From: an uncultured delta proteobacterium
Lineage (GTDB): Bacteria; Myxococcota_A; Polyangia; Polyangiales; JAFGIB01
Direction: 5' to 3'
DNA: 64,000 bases
Assembly: GCA_963778655.1 (NCBI GenBank)
Contig: CAVZVA010000005.1
Span: 544,001 to 608,000 of the forward strand
This document shows, piece by piece, positions 13,181 through 25,757 of this stretch. The notes under the pieces were generated by a model. That model was not told the DNA's origin, ran no database searches, and was given only the letters and a program-made list of their open reading frames with translations. Made by a program: the position numbers and the translations under genes. How positions within the stretch are numbered: the first letter of the stretch is position 1; each line of letters opens with the position of its first letter.

Positions 13181-13263
13181 GCCCGGCGGTTCTACCCGCG
13201 ATGGCAAGCGGTTGCCAGCGGGCCGTGCTTGACCGCAACCAAGGCGGCGCCGATGCTGCGCGC

Positions 13264-13800
13264 GTGGCGGTGTTGCTGAGCGCAGCGGGGGCAGCGGGGG
13301 TGCTGGTCTCGTCGCGCACGCTGAGGCTGCGGGCGCAGCGCATGCTGGCGGCGCTCTCGCTGCGCGACGCGGAGCTGTCGATCCGGCTGTGCGACGACGC
13401 GGTCATGCGCCGGCTCAACCGCCGCTACCGCGGGCTCGATCGGACCACCGATGTGCTGGCCTTCGCCATGGCCGAGGGCGAGCCGACCCCGCAGACTGCG
13501 GGGCGCCTGCTCGGCGACGTAGTGATCTCGCTGCCCACGGCCGCTCGCAACGCCCGCGGCGCGGGTCGCCGGCCGCTGGACGAGGTGACGTGGCTGCTCG
13601 CCCACGGCCTGCTGCACCTGCTGGGGTTCGACCACCAGACCCCCGCCCAGGACAGACGCATGCGCGCGCGCGCCGACGCGCTTGTCGCGGCCGCGCGAAC
13701 TTCCAAATTCGCGGCTGTGGACATCTTGGGGGCGTCCCCCCCCAGGCGAGGTAGCTCGAGCTCTCGATCGGGTCCGAACAGGCCGAATAAATGCAAGTGA
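13264..13800 (+). CDS. ybeY: rRNA maturation endoribonuclease YbeY
   Basis: LNRRYRGLDRTTDVLAF, LLGDVVIS, HGLLHLLGFDH zinc motif; GTG start inferred. Confidence 0.92.
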   Translation: MAVLLSAAGAAGVLVSSRTLRLRAQRMLAALSLRDAELSIRLCDDAVMRRLNRRYRGLDRTTDVLAFAMAEGEPTPQTAGRLLGDVVISLPTAARNARGAGRRPLDEVTWLLAHGLLHLLGFDHQTPAQDRRMRARADALVAAARTSKFAAVDILGASPPRRGSSSSRSGPNRPNKCK

Positions 13801-14088
13801 TTACAGTGGGTTGTCTTTGTGATCCGGCGCTCGCGGCAGGCCGCGCAACGCGCTGCGGCTGGCTCGCGGCTGCTGTGGACAACCTGTGGCCTCTGCGGGC
13901 CTGGCTGGGGCGGTTGGATGGCGCCCCGGGTCCCGGGACGGGCATGCCTCCGCGATGTTGGGGCGTTCGAGCTTGAGGACTGGGAGCAGGCAAAAAAGCC
14001 CGCCCCGCCGAGGAAAGCGGTTGTCTTCGCAGACCCGACCATGCATATCTCTCCGCCAATTGCCCCCACGGGGCTGAGGAGAGAACCG

Positions 14089-14406
14089 ATGGCGACGACA
14101 GCGAAGCGCATGTCCAAGGCGCAGGTCATTGCCGAGCTGGTCGAGAAGACCGGCCTCGGCAAGAAGGACGTCCAGAACGTGTTCGATCAGCTCCTGGCAA
14201 TCATCGAGCGCGAGCTTGGCAAGGACGGTCCCGGTGAGATCGTGGTGCCGGACCTGGTGAAGCTGCGCGTCAAGGTCGTGCCCGGGCGGCCCGAGCACGT
14301 CGGCCTCGATCCGTTTACCAAGCAGGAGCGCACGTTCCCCGCGCGACCCGAGGCGCGCAAGGTGCGCGCCTCGGTGGCCAAGCGTCTCAAGGACCTGGCG
14401 GGCTGA
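14089..14406 (+). CDS. HU/IHF-family DNA-binding protein
   Basis: MSKAQVIAELVEKTGL.KK, arm with G.DPFTK.E...PA.P...VR; AGGAG RBS. Confidence 0.88.
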   Translation: MATTAKRMSKAQVIAELVEKTGLGKKDVQNVFDQLLAIIERELGKDGPGEIVVPDLVKLRVKVVPGRPEHVGLDPFTKQERTFPARPEARKVRASVAKRLKDLAG

Positions 14407-15739
14407 ACGGCCCGCGCCCCTGCTGCTGGGGCGCGGACGGGCTCGGGGTGAGGCTCGGCAAGGCCTCCGGGGTGCGGTCGCTCGAATCGACCTCGGTCGA
14501 TCCGAAGGCGCCGCGCACTAGGCCGAGCACCACCCGCGCCTGCTGATCGGTGACCACCGTGGTCGCCTCGAGCCGCTCGGCGTCTGCGTGAAGCGCGGTG
14601 TCGAGCAGCGGCTGGCGCATGCCGATGAAGGCCAGCAGCGGATGGTCGGCAAAGCGGTCGCGCGTGCTCTCCCAGTACCGCAGCGCCGCTCTCGCGGCCG
14701 CGGCGCTGGCGAATGTGGCGCTCGCGCGCACCTCCAGCGTCTGCTCGTCACGCCTGCGCACCGAGAGCTCGATGCGCTTCGGTACGCCGGTCAGGTTGCC
14801 GCGCACGAACTGCTGCGCTCCTTCCACCGAGAGCGCGAGGATCTCGCCCTGATGCAGGCCGAGCAGCGCGTCGACGGCATCCGGTGCCGGCGTCGTGCCC
14901 TTCTGCTGGCCGGCGCGGCGCGCGAGCGCGCGGGCGATCTGCAGCACCCGCGGCAGGTCTTCGGGCCGCGTGATCGCGAACCGCCGCGGTCCGATCAGCG
15001 CCAGCACGCGCGCGGTGTCGTCGGCGTTGGCCCACGGCGCGACCGGGATATTGCCGTGCTTGCGCCAGGTCGCGCTCACGCCGCGCGCCTGCGCCAGCTT
15101 GGCCACCGCGGCTCGAGGCACCTGCTCCCCGCCGAGATACTGGCCAGCGATCACCACGCTGGCGCGCTGCAGATCGGGGGTGGCCAGATACAGACGCTCG
15201 AGGTCCCGCAGCGCGTCGAGCCCGGAGCCGTCCACCAGCATGCGCCAATCGGGCAGCGCCTCGAGCAGTGCCCGCACCTCGGGCGCGAGGTCCGAGTCGC
15301 GGATGCGCGAAAGCTGGAGGCGCAGCGCGATCTGCGTGCCGGCCGGCGCGAAGGCCGCGAGCAGCGGCCGGCCCGCATCTGCTGCGGTGAGCGCGCCGGC
15401 ATCGCGGCCCGCGTCTGCACCGGCGTCCGCGATGCCCGCGTCGGCGGGCGAGGGATGGGGCCGGACGCGCCTGGGCTTGAGTGGCTTGGGCGCGGCGGGC
15501 GCCGGTGCCGCGGCGGCGTGCGGTGCGCTGGCGGTCGGCGCCTGAGGCGGCTCCGCTGGCAGCGGGCTCGGCTCGGTCAGTCCCAGCTGCACGTGGCTCG
15601 GGGGCAGAACCTCGAAGTCCACCGTGGGCATGCTGCCGGCCCAGCCCAACAGCGCGAGCAGGAGCGCGTGCGCCAGCAGCGATCCCAAGATGCCGAGAAC
15701 CGCGCCGAGCGCGTGCGATGGCTTCGCCTCGGCCCGCAT
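14387..15739 (-). CDS. Hypothetical membrane-anchored protein
   Basis: TM helix (SLLAHALLLALL), Pro/Ala linker with DAG repeats, globular C-terminal region; start uncertain. Confidence 0.7.
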   Translation of the reverse strand: MRAEAKPSHALGAVLGILGSLLAHALLLALLGWAGSMPTVDFEVLPPSHVQLGLTEPSPLPAEPPQAPTASAPHAAAAPAPAAPKPLKPRRVRPHPSPADAGIADAGADAGRDAGALTAADAGRPLLAAFAPAGTQIALRLQLSRIRDSDLAPEVRALLEALPDWRMLVDGSGLDALRDLERLYLATPDLQRASVVIAGQYLGGEQVPRAAVAKLAQARGVSATWRKHGNIPVAPWANADDTARVLALIGPRRFAITRPEDLPRVLQIARALARRAGQQKGTTPAPDAVDALLGLHQGEILALSVEGAQQFVRGNLTGVPKRIELSVRRRDEQTLEVRASATFASAAAARAALRYWESTRDRFADHPLLAFIGMRQPLLDTALHADAERLEATTVVTDQQARVVLGLVRGAFGSTEVDSSDRTPEALPSLTPSPSAPQQQGRGPFSPPGP

Positions 15740-15813
15740 CGCGGCATCATATACCCGAGCCGCACCAGCCCCGCCCGCGGTGCCGGGCGCGGGGTTGACG
15801 CCACCGCGGTGAC

Positions 15814-17466
15814 GTGAAATCAGTGCGCGCACGCGAGCGGGAGGCGCGACAGCTGGTGAAACGGTGCGCAGGTCGCGGGTTTCGCCGCTGCGCGGCGACG
15901 TGGGCGCGGCCGAACCGGGCAGGCGGTCGCGCGCTGCTGGTGCTCGCCGCGCTGGCGTGGGCGTGTCGCTCGCAGCCCGAGCACGCGGCGCGGGCCCCCA
16001 AGCCTGCGCCTTTGCGGCAGGTGGCGCCGCAGTCAGCGCCAGAGCCTCCCGAGCGGAGCGGGCCGCCGGTGCGTCTGTTCGCGGCCAGCTTCGTGGTGAA
16101 GGTGCGCGCAGCGCCGCTACGCGCGGCGCCGCGCATCGGCTACCTGCGCGCGGGCGCCGTGATGCAAGCCCTCAGCGCGGACCCGATCGGCTACGACAAG
16201 TGTCGCAAGGGCTGGTACGCGCTCGACACCGGCGGCTTCGTGTGCTCGACGCTGGCGTTTGCGTTCAGCGGCCGGCGCTTGCCGCAGCGGCCGGCGCTGC
16301 AGCCGGATCTCGCGGCGCCGTTGCCCTATCCCTATGGCTACAGCGTGCGGCGCAACACGCCGGTGTACCGCCGGCTGCCGAGCGACGAGGAAGCGGCGCA
16401 GTTCGAGGGCTACCGCATCCCCGGCCGCGCCCCGCCAGATGCCGGCGTGGCGCGAGCGGACGCCGGGCTCAACGCCGGAACGGTCGCGCCCGGCAGCGCC
16501 GAGGCGCTTGCACACGTCGCGGGCCCGCCCGCGCCCGAGCCGGACGAGCAACCGGAGGCACAGGACCCCGCCGTGCCCACGCTCGCGTCGCTGCTGGGAG
16601 AGGAGGGCTCGGTGCTGATGCGGCGCATGGAGCGCGGCTTCTACGTGAGCCTGGACCGCGAGATGCAGAAGGGCGCCCGACACTACTGGCGCACGCAGAG
16701 CAACGAGTTCATTCCCAGCGCGGGCCTGCGCGAGGTGCACGGCAGCGAGTTTCACGGCGTGGCGCTCGTCGAGCAGGGCATCGCGCTTCCAATCGGCTTC
16801 CTGATGTCCAAGCGCGACCTGGCGTACAAGCGCAACGCGCGTGGCCACCTGCAGAGCGCGGGCAAGCCGGGCTACCACTTCATGTTCGCGATCGCCGGCG
16901 AGCAAGCGCTGCGCGGCGGTCACTACGACCTGGACGCGGACGGGCGCTACTACCGCGTCAAGGACGTGGCGCGCATCGAAGCGCGCGAGAAGCCGGCCGA
17001 AGTGGGGGACGACGAAAAGTGGATCGACGTCGACCTGGGCGCGCAGTCGCTGGTGGCCTACGTCGGACCGAGGCCGGTCTACGCCACGCTGATCTCCAGC
17101 GGCCGCGTCAAGGACGAGCTCGATCCGCTCAAGAACTTCGAGACCCCGACCGGCTCATTTCGGATCAAGAGCAAGCACCTGACCGCGACCATGGACGGCG
17201 ATCAAGCGATCGACGGTCCGTATTCGATCGAAGACGTGCCGTACGTGATGTACTTCCAGCTCGCCTATGCGCTTCACTCGGCCTTCTGGCACAACAGCTT
17301 CGGCCGCCCCCATAGCCACGGTTGCATCAACCTGGCCCCGCTCGACGCCAAGTGGCTATTCGAGCTCGCCGAGCCCCCGCTGCCCAAGGGCTGGCACGGC
17401 GTCTACCCCACAGCCAACAGCCCCGGCACCCGGCTGTACATCCACGGCACCACCCCCCGCGGCTGA
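15814..17466 (+). CDS. L,D-transpeptidase (YkuD family)
   Basis: KWIDVDLGAQSLVAY, TPTGSF, YALHSAFWHNSFGRPHSHGCINL; start uncertain. Confidence 0.9.
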   Translation: MKSVRAREREARQLVKRCAGRGFRRCAATWARPNRAGGRALLVLAALAWACRSQPEHAARAPKPAPLRQVAPQSAPEPPERSGPPVRLFAASFVVKVRAAPLRAAPRIGYLRAGAVMQALSADPIGYDKCRKGWYALDTGGFVCSTLAFAFSGRRLPQRPALQPDLAAPLPYPYGYSVRRNTPVYRRLPSDEEAAQFEGYRIPGRAPPDAGVARADAGLNAGTVAPGSAEALAHVAGPPAPEPDEQPEAQDPAVPTLASLLGEEGSVLMRRMERGFYVSLDREMQKGARHYWRTQSNEFIPSAGLREVHGSEFHGVALVEQGIALPIGFLMSKRDLAYKRNARGHLQSAGKPGYHFMFAIAGEQALRGGHYDLDADGRYYRVKDVARIEAREKPAEVGDDEKWIDVDLGAQSLVAYVGPRPVYATLISSGRVKDELDPLKNFETPTGSFRIKSKHLTATMDGDQAIDGPYSIEDVPYVMYFQLAYALHSAFWHNSFGRPHSHGCINLAPLDAKWLFELAEPPLPKGWHGVYPTANSPGTRLYIHGTTPRG

Positions 17467-17526
17467 CCCCTACCCCGAGCAGTCGTCCTCGTCCTCGTAG
17501 CCGTCGTTGTAGTCGTGCTCGACCCC

Positions 17527-18848
17527 TCAGTCGTAGTACTCGTGCCCGACGTGGGTGATCAGGTCCTCGCCTTTCATCCAGCGCAGCATGTTCTTCAGCT
17601 TCATCAGCTGGATGAACAGATCGTTCTCCGGGTAGAGCCCGGGCGCCGTCATCGGGCTCTTGTAATAGAAGAGCAGCCACTCCTGGATCCCGCTCAAGCC
17701 GGCGCGCTGCGCCAGATCCAGGAACAGCGCCAGGTCGAGCACGATCGGCGCCGCCAGGATCGAGTCGCGGCACAGGAAGTCGATCTTGATCTGCATCGGG
17801 TAGCCCAGCCAGCCGACGATGTCGATGTTGTCCCAGCCTTCCTTGTTGTCGCCGCGCGGCGGGTAATAGTCGATCCGCACCATGTGGTAGATGTTGCCGT
17901 ACAGCTCGGGGTAGAGCTGAGGCTGCAGGATGAGTCTCGATCACGCCGAGCTTGCTGACCTCCTTGGTCTTGAAGACTCGGGATCGTCGAGCACCTCGCC
18001 GTCGCGGTTGCCAAGGATGTTGGTCGAGAACCAGCCCTCGAGCCCGAGCATGCGCGCCTTGAAGCCCGGGCGCGAGGATCGTCTTCATCAGCGTCTGGCC
18101 GGTCTTGAAGTCCTTGCCGCTGATCGGGAGGTTCTGCTTGCGCGCCAGCTCAGCAGCGCCGGGGATGTCCGAGCGACAGGTTCGGCGCGCCGTTCGCGTA
18201 GGGCACGCCCATCTTGAGGCAGCGCGTACGCGTAGACCATGCGAGGGGCTGATGCCGCGGCGACGTTCTTGCGCAGGCCGTCTTCGAACGCTTCGAGCGA
18301 GCTGTGGACCTCGTTGGCTCGTGGTGGACCTCGGTCGAGCCGCACCAAACGGCGATGCAGGCGGTCGAGCCATTGTCTTGCTTGAAGCGCCGGACGTCAT
18401 CCGCAACTGCTTCGGCGAGCTGCATCTTGAGGTGCCGCTGCTTGACGTTCTGGCCGCGTTGAGCTCTTGACGTACTCCTGCTAGAACACGGCCGGCATCG
18501 GCTTGATGCTCGATAGCTCGTCTCGATCGCGTCAGGTGCTCGCGGGTCGAGCACGTCGGCGATGGACCGCGGCCTGCGTAGGCGTCCTCGGCGAAGAAGT
18601 CCCAGCCTCCGAAAACCAGGTCCGGCGAGCTGCGCCAGCGAGAATAGTCATGGATCGAAGGGCTCGCGGTTGTCGGTGCGCTTGCCCAGCCGGATGCGGC
18701 CCATCTGCGTGAGCGAGCCGATTGGGCTGGCCATGCCCCGCCGGGCGAGGATGCAGCCCGCTACGAAGGTGGTCGCCACCGCACCCATGCCGGGTAGCAG
18801 CACGCCGAGCTTTCCGGACGGAGGTTTGATCTCAGAGGGTCGCTTCAT
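17527..18848 (-). pseudogene. ino1: Inositol-3-phosphate synthase, multiply frameshifted in this sequence (possibly assembly error)
   Basis: Fragments in different frames: KLGVLLPGMGAVATTF, GSLTQMG, AVWCGSTE, YANGAPN, GKDFKTGQTLMKT, YYPPRGDNKEGWDNID, FLCRDSILAAP. Confidence 0.88.
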
Positions 18849-18991
18849 GGCACCTTGCGCAACGGGTTGGGGATCCGGCCGGGCGCGGTGGCGGTAGTAG
18901 CTGTCGCGCCGCTCGAGCGGAGCCAGCCTGGCTCCGCAGGCGCGCGTGCAAGGCGCGCGCCGGACCGGAAACATGACAGAAGACAGGGGCT

Positions 18992-19006
18992 TGGCGCACG
19001 GTTTGC
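18992..19006 (+). promoter_or_regulatory. Putative sigma54 (-24/-12) promoter
   Basis: TGGCGC-ACGGT-TTGC matches TGGCRC-N5-TTGC. Confidence 0.55.
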
Positions 19007-19188
19007 TTTGTTCGCCCAGCGTTAGCACGAGATCGTCCAAAAATTGGAGCCCCAAGCAAGATCATCGAATTTTTACGCCGCCGATACGGCTTCCAGGTGT
19101 GACACCAGGTCACAGTGTGGTGACCCGGCAACACCGGTGTGGCGCAAATGTCACGGAAGGCTACGGGGCGACCGGGAGCTTAACTCGC

Positions 19189-19977
19189 ATGGAACGCGCG
19201 ATTATCTTGGCCGCCGGACTGGGCGAGCGCCTGGTTCGGGGCAAGCCGTACCCCAAGCCGCTCAACCCGGTCAACGGCGTGCCGTTGATCGTGCGCGTGC
19301 TGCGCGGCCTCGAGCTCGCACAGATCGAGGAAGCGGTCGTCGTCGTCGGCCATCTCGGTGACGTGCTGGTGCAACAGCTGCGCGCCCACCGTTTCGAGCT
19401 GGCGCTGCGCTTCGTCCACAACGCCGAGTATCTCAAGCCCAACGGCACCTCGTTGCTCAAGGCGAAGCGCTTCGTCGAGGGGCCGACCTATCTGCTGATG
19501 AGCGACCACATCTGGTCTCCCGATCTGATCCAGCGCCTGCGCCGCTTCCCGCTCGCCACCGACGAGGCCGTGCTCGGCGTGGATTTCAAGATCACCCAGT
19601 GCATCGACCTCGACGATGCCACCAAGGTGGCGTTGCGCGGCGATCGGATCGAGCGCATCGGCAAGCAGCTCGCGCGCTACGACGCACTGGACACGGGCGT
19701 GTTCCGAATCACGCCCGCCGTGGTGGAAGCGCTCGAGCGCGTCGACGGACCACAGGGGTGCTCGCTCTCACAGGGCATCGCCGAGCTGGCGCGCGACGCG
19801 CGCATGCGCTGCGTGGACGTCGAAGACGCGAGCTGGGTCGACGTCGACACGCCGCTGGCGCTGGCCCATGCCGAGCGCCTGCTGCGCAAGCACGGTCCGC
19901 TGCTGCGGCCGCAGCGCCCCGATACGGGCGTCACCGTGCCGGGTCTGGGCAGCCCTCTGCTGGCGCGTCCGGCCTGA
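19189..19977 (+). CDS. NTP transferase, IPCT/choline-phosphate cytidylyltransferase-like
   Basis: AIILAAGLGERL..PKPL, NGTSLL, LLMSDH, DLDDATKV, IGKQL..YDALDTGVF, WVDVDTP. Confidence 0.85.
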   Translation: MERAIILAAGLGERLVRGKPYPKPLNPVNGVPLIVRVLRGLELAQIEEAVVVVGHLGDVLVQQLRAHRFELALRFVHNAEYLKPNGTSLLKAKRFVEGPTYLLMSDHIWSPDLIQRLRRFPLATDEAVLGVDFKITQCIDLDDATKVALRGDRIERIGKQLARYDALDTGVFRITPAVVEALERVDGPQGCSLSQGIAELARDARMRCVDVEDASWVDVDTPLALAHAERLLRKHGPLLRPQRPDTGVTVPGLGSPLLARPA

Positions 19978-20115
19978 GCCCGAGCCAGCGCCCGGGGACC
20001 GCTCTCGGCGCGGGCTCGCAGCGGGTGATCGGACGGCCGGGGCGAACGGTTCCGCGTGGTTGCCGGGTTGCCGGCCATGTGGTACACAGCGCCGCAGAAG
20101 TAAGGGACCGCGCCT

Positions 20116-20147
20116 AGGTGGGCCTCCCGTTGGGTCCGCCTTTTTTT
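20116..20147 (+). terminator. rimP leader attenuator-like hairpin
   Basis: AGGTGGGCC...GGTCCGCCT stem plus T7, between a TTGCCG-17-TACACA promoter-like site (20060-20088) and rimP. Confidence 0.65.
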
Positions 20148-20199
20148 GTCGTTTTTTCGCTGCCGGCACGGTTCCCCTCCGGGGCAGCACGGGACGGCC

Positions 20200-20685
20200 A
20201 TGCGCAGCGACAGCGAACAGCACCGGAAGCTCAGCGCGATCATCGAGCCTATCTGCTCCGCCCACGGGCTGGCGCTGGTGGAGGTGAGCTTCACCGGCCA
20301 GCACGGGCGCGTGCTGCAGGTGCTGATCGAGCGTCCCGACCAATCCGACGGACGCTCGGGCGTGTCGCTCGAGGACTGCCAGGCCGTCAGCCGAGACCTG
20401 TCCACCACGCTCGACGTGGAGGGTGAGGCGCTTTTGCCCGGCGCTTACCGCCTGGAGGTGAGCTCGCCCGGGTTGGATCGCCCTCTGGTCGCTCGCCGCG
20501 ACTACGAGCGTTTCGCCGGTCGCGAGGTGCATCTGCGCACCAGCCATCCGGTCGGAGGACGCAGGCGCTTGCAGGGCGTGCTGCGAGGAATCGAGGGGGA
20601 CATCGTCAAGTTGAACGTGAGCGGTGAAGAGCTGGGCGTCCCGCTGGCGGACATCGCGAAGGCCAATCTCATCTATCGCTTCTGA
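20200..20685 (+). CDS. rimP: Ribosome maturation factor RimP
   Basis: GVSLEDCQAVSR, YRLEVSSPGLDRPL; first gene of nusA-infB operon. Confidence 0.95.
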   Translation: MRSDSEQHRKLSAIIEPICSAHGLALVEVSFTGQHGRVLQVLIERPDQSDGRSGVSLEDCQAVSRDLSTTLDVEGEALLPGAYRLEVSSPGLDRPLVARRDYERFAGREVHLRTSHPVGGRRRLQGVLRGIEGDIVKLNVSGEELGVPLADIAKANLIYRF

Positions 20686-20727
20686 GCATCAGGCGGGCGC
20701 CGCACGTCCGGCCCCCGAGAGGTAGCC

Positions 20728-22508
<1,781 letters not shown>

Positions 22509-22509
<1 letters not shown>

Positions 22510-23114
22510 TGAGCACCCCGGACTCGAACGAGCGCGTGCAGGCGCAGCGTACCTGCGTGGGTTGCCGCAAGCCCGACGGGCGAGCGGAGCTGCTGCGCTT
22601 CGTGCTGGCGGGCGATCCGCCGCAGCCCGTGCCCGATGTCTCGCGCCGGGAGGGCGGCCGAGGGGTTTCGGTGCACCCGCTCAGGCGTTGCGTCGAGGCC
22701 GCGGTGCGCAGCGGTGCGCTGGCCCGAGGTCTGCGCACCCGGCAGGCGGTCGACGCGCAGCAGCTGCTGCAATGGGCCGGCGGCCAGTACGCGCGGCGCA
22801 TCCGCGCCCTGCTCGGCGCGGCGCGGCGCAGTGGCAGCGCGGCGATCGGAGGCGAGCGGGCTCGCGAGGCGATCGCGGCTCGGCGTGCGCGGCTGCTCGT
22901 GGTGGCCGGCGACGCGGTGGACAATCGACGGGAGCTGACCGAGGCGGCCGCGCGTTTGGGAGCCAGCTGCCTGGTGCACGGAGACAAGGCTGATTTGGGC
23001 AAGCTGTTCGGGCGCGAGACGGTCGCGGTGGTTGCAGTGACCGACCCGCTGATCGCCGAAGAGCTGCAACGCGCGGCTCGCTGTGCTGCACAGCTTGTTG
23101 CGGAGGTGTCATGA
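22509..23114 (+). CDS. ylxR: YlxR (DUF448) - L7Ae fusion protein
   Basis: RTCVGCR..ELLRFV..GGRG, then L7Ae-like LLGAARRSG..G..LLVVAGDA..LGKLFGR..VAVTD. Confidence 0.85.
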
Positions 23115-25732
23115 ACAAGACTCGCGTATACGAGGTGGCTCGCGAGCTCGGGCTCGACAATCGCGAGCTGGTCTCCAAGCTGGCGTCGCTGGGGATCCCG
23201 GTGCGCAATCACATGAGCTCGATCGACGTCGCCGACGCCGATCGAGTCAAGCGCGCGATCGAGAAGGAAAAGCAGCAGAACGTGGTCGAGGAGCGGATCC
23301 GTCCCACGGTCGTGCGCAGGCGCTCGCTGAAGCGCGACGACGGCGAAGCCGAAGCCGCCGCAGCTACAGCCGCCGCCACGCCCGCGCCGTCGGCGCCGGC
23401 CGAGCCGGCTCAGACGCGTCGCAGCGTGGAGGCCGCAGCGCCCGTGCGCCGCGCGCCGGAGCCCGCGCCCGCCGCCACCGCGCCTGCCGGGGCCAAGCCG
23501 CGCGAGGAGGAAGGCCGGCCCGCGCCCGTCGCGCCCGCGCTTGAGGCCCCCCCCGCCGTGGCCGCTCGGGCGAGCGAGCCCGAGCCGCTGCCGCCAGCAG
23601 CCGAAGCACCCGCCGCCGCTGCCGCGTCGGCCGCCGCAGAGCGCGCGTTCGAGCCGGCGGCGCGCCGCGGTGGGCCGCTGCCGTTTCAGCAGAGGCTGGC
23701 GCACAGCGACCTACCGCCCGGCGTGGTGGCGCGTGGCAACCTGGTGGCGACGCCGGTGACGCAGCTCTCGGAGGCGGCGCGCTCGCGCATCGTGTCCGAG
23801 CACGCGGCGCGCGTCGCGCAACAGGGGCCGGCGCCCAGGCGGCGCGAGCTGGCGCGCTCCGCGATCGGCCCGACCGGCCGCCAGCCGCAGCGCGGCAGGC
23901 CGGGGCGCGCGCGCAAGATGGCGCCGGGCAAGAAGGCGCAAAAGCCGGAGCTGACCACGCCCAGCGCGGCGAAGCGCGTAATCCGCATCGAGGATCAGAT
24001 CAGCCTGCAGGTGCTGGCGCAGCGCATGTCGCTGAAGGCGACCGAGGTGCTCGGCAAGCTCATGCAGATGGGCATGATGGGCGTCAACATCAACAGCAGC
24101 CTCGACGCCGACACCGCGGGGGTGCTGGCCTCGGAGTTCGGCTTCGAGGTGGAGAACGTCGCAGTCACCGACGACGCGTTCATCGTCGAGGCCCGCGGCA
24201 GCTTCGAGGACGCCGGCGAGGATCGCAAGCCGCGACCGCCAGTGGTGACCGTGATGGGCCACGTCGATCACGGCAAGACCTCCTTGCTCGACCGCATCCG
24301 CAAGACCAACGTGGCGGCCGGCGAGTCGGGCGGTATCACGCAGCACCTCGGGGCCTATCGCGTCGAGCACAAGAAGGGACCGGTCGTGTTCCTCGACACC
24401 CCGGGCCACGCGGCGTTCACCGCCATGCGCGCGCGCGGCGCCGAGGTCACCGACGTGGTGATCCTGGTGGTGGCTGCCGACGACGGCGTGATGCCGCAGA
24501 CACGCGAGGCGATCAACCATGCCAAGGCGGCCAACACGCCGATCGTGGTCGCGGTCAACAAGATCGACAAGCCGGATGCGCGGCCCGAGGTGGTCATGCG
24601 CGACCTGGCGGCCGAAGGGCTGCAGTCCGAGGAGTGGGGTGGCGACACCCAGTTCTACAAGGTCTCCGCAATCACCGGCGACGGCATCGAGGAGTTGCTC
24701 GACGGCGTGTTGCTGCAGGCCGAGCTCCTCGAGCTCAGCGCGAATCCCAAGGTGCCCGCGGCGGGCGTGGTGCTGGAGTCGTATCTCGACCGCGGCCGCG
24801 GTCCGGTGGCCAACGTGCTGGTGCACGACGGCACGCTCAGCACCGGCAACGTGGTGGTCGCAGGCGCTGCCTACGGCAAGATCCGCGCGATGACCGATGA
24901 CCGCGGCAAACAGGTGGCGAAGGCCGGTCCCTCGACGCCGGTCGAGGTGCTGGGCCTGTCGGAAGTGCCCGACACCGGCGACACCTTCTACGCAGTCACC
25001 GACTTGCGCGTCGCGCAGCAGCTGGCCGAACGTCGCAAGAAGGTAGCGCCCAAGAGCCAGCCGGTGGCCGGAGCCAAGGCCGGTCTGGATGCGCTGTTCG
25101 AGAAGATGAAGGAAGGCGAGGTCCAGGAGCTGAAGCTCGTGGTCAAGGCCGACGTCCAGGGCTCCGGGGAGGCGGTGGTCAAGGCCCTCGAGGAGCTGGC
25201 CACCGACAAGGTCAAGGTCACGGTGATCCACTCCGGCGTCGGCGGCATCACCGAGAACGACGTGATGCTCGCTTCGGCCTCGAATGCCATCATCATCGGC
25301 TTTCACGTGCGCCCGAGCGGCACCGCGTCGAAGCTGGCCAAAGAGGAACGGGTCGAGATCCGCACCTACAACATCATCTACGAGGCGGTGGACGCGGTGA
25401 AGAGCGCCATGCTCGGCTTGCTCAAGCCGGTCTATCGCGAGATCGCGCTCGGACACGCGGAGGTGCGCCAGCTCTTCCAGATCCCCAAGGGCACCATCGC
25501 CGGCTGCTTCGTCGCCGATGGCAAGATCACGCGCTCGGGTCGCGCGCGCGTGGTGCGCGACTCCGTGCCGGTGTGGGAGGGCACGATCAAGTCGCTGCGC
25601 CGGGTCAAAGACGACGTGCGCGAGGTGTCGGCGGGGCTCGAGTGCGGCGTGGGGCTCGACAACTTCAACGACGTCAAGGAGAGCGACATCATCGAGTGCT
25701 TTGAGATCCAGGAGGTGTCGGCCTCGCTGTGA
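23111..25732 (+). CDS. infB: Translation initiation factor IF-2
   Basis: [45 protein letters not shown]. Confidence 0.98.
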   Translation: MNKTRVYEVARELGLDNRELVSKLASLGIPVRNHMSSIDVADADRVKRAIEKEKQQNVVEERIRPTVVRRRSLKRDDGEAEAAAATAAATPAPSAPAEPAQTRRSVEAAAPVRRAPEPAPAATAPAGAKPREEEGRPAPVAPALEAPPAVAARASEPEPLPPAAEAPAAAAASAAAERAFEPAARRGGPLPFQQRLAHSDLPPGVVARGNLVATPVTQLSEAARSRIVSEHAARVAQQGPAPRRRELARSAIGPTGRQPQRGRPGRARKMAPGKKAQKPELTTPSAAKRVIRIEDQISLQVLAQRMSLKATEVLGKLMQMGMMGVNINSSLDADTAGVLASEFGFEVENVAVTDDAFIVEARGSFEDAGEDRKPRPPVVTVMGHVDHGKTSLLDRIRKTNVAAGESGGITQHLGAYRVEHKKGPVVFLDTPGHAAFTAMRARGAEVTDVVILVVAADDGVMPQTREAINHAKAANTPIVVAVNKIDKPDARPEVVMRDLAAEGLQSEEWGGDTQFYKVSAITGDGIEELLDGVLLQAELLELSANPKVPAAGVVLESYLDRGRGPVANVLVHDGTLSTGNVVVAGAAYGKIRAMTDDRGKQVAKAGPSTPVEVLGLSEVPDTGDTFYAVTDLRVAQQLAERRKKVAPKSQPVAGAKAGLDALFEKMKEGEVQELKLVVKADVQGSGEAVVKALEELATDKVKVTVIHSGVGGITENDVMLASASNAIIIGFHVRPSGTASKLAKEERVEIRTYNIIYEAVDAVKSAMLGLLKPVYREIALGHAEVRQLFQIPKGTIAGCFVADGKITRSGRARVVRDSVPVWEGTIKSLRRVKDDVREVSAGLECGVGLDNFNDVKESDIIECFEIQEVSASL

Positions 25733-25757
25733 GGCCCGACGCCAGGAGGCCCGGGCA

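Noticed and set aside
13700..14080. Possible replication origin
   Set aside because: Only one or two DnaA boxes, no AT-rich unwinding element and no dnaA/dnaN/parAB nearby
17470..17529. In-frame acidic extension after the ino1 TGA (GVEHDYNDGYEDEDDCSG*), suggesting readthrough or selenocysteine
   Set aside because: The stop follows what appears to be a normal Ino1 C-terminus (EYYD) and no convincing SECIS is present; it is better explained as a low-complexity GACGAG-type intergenic repeat
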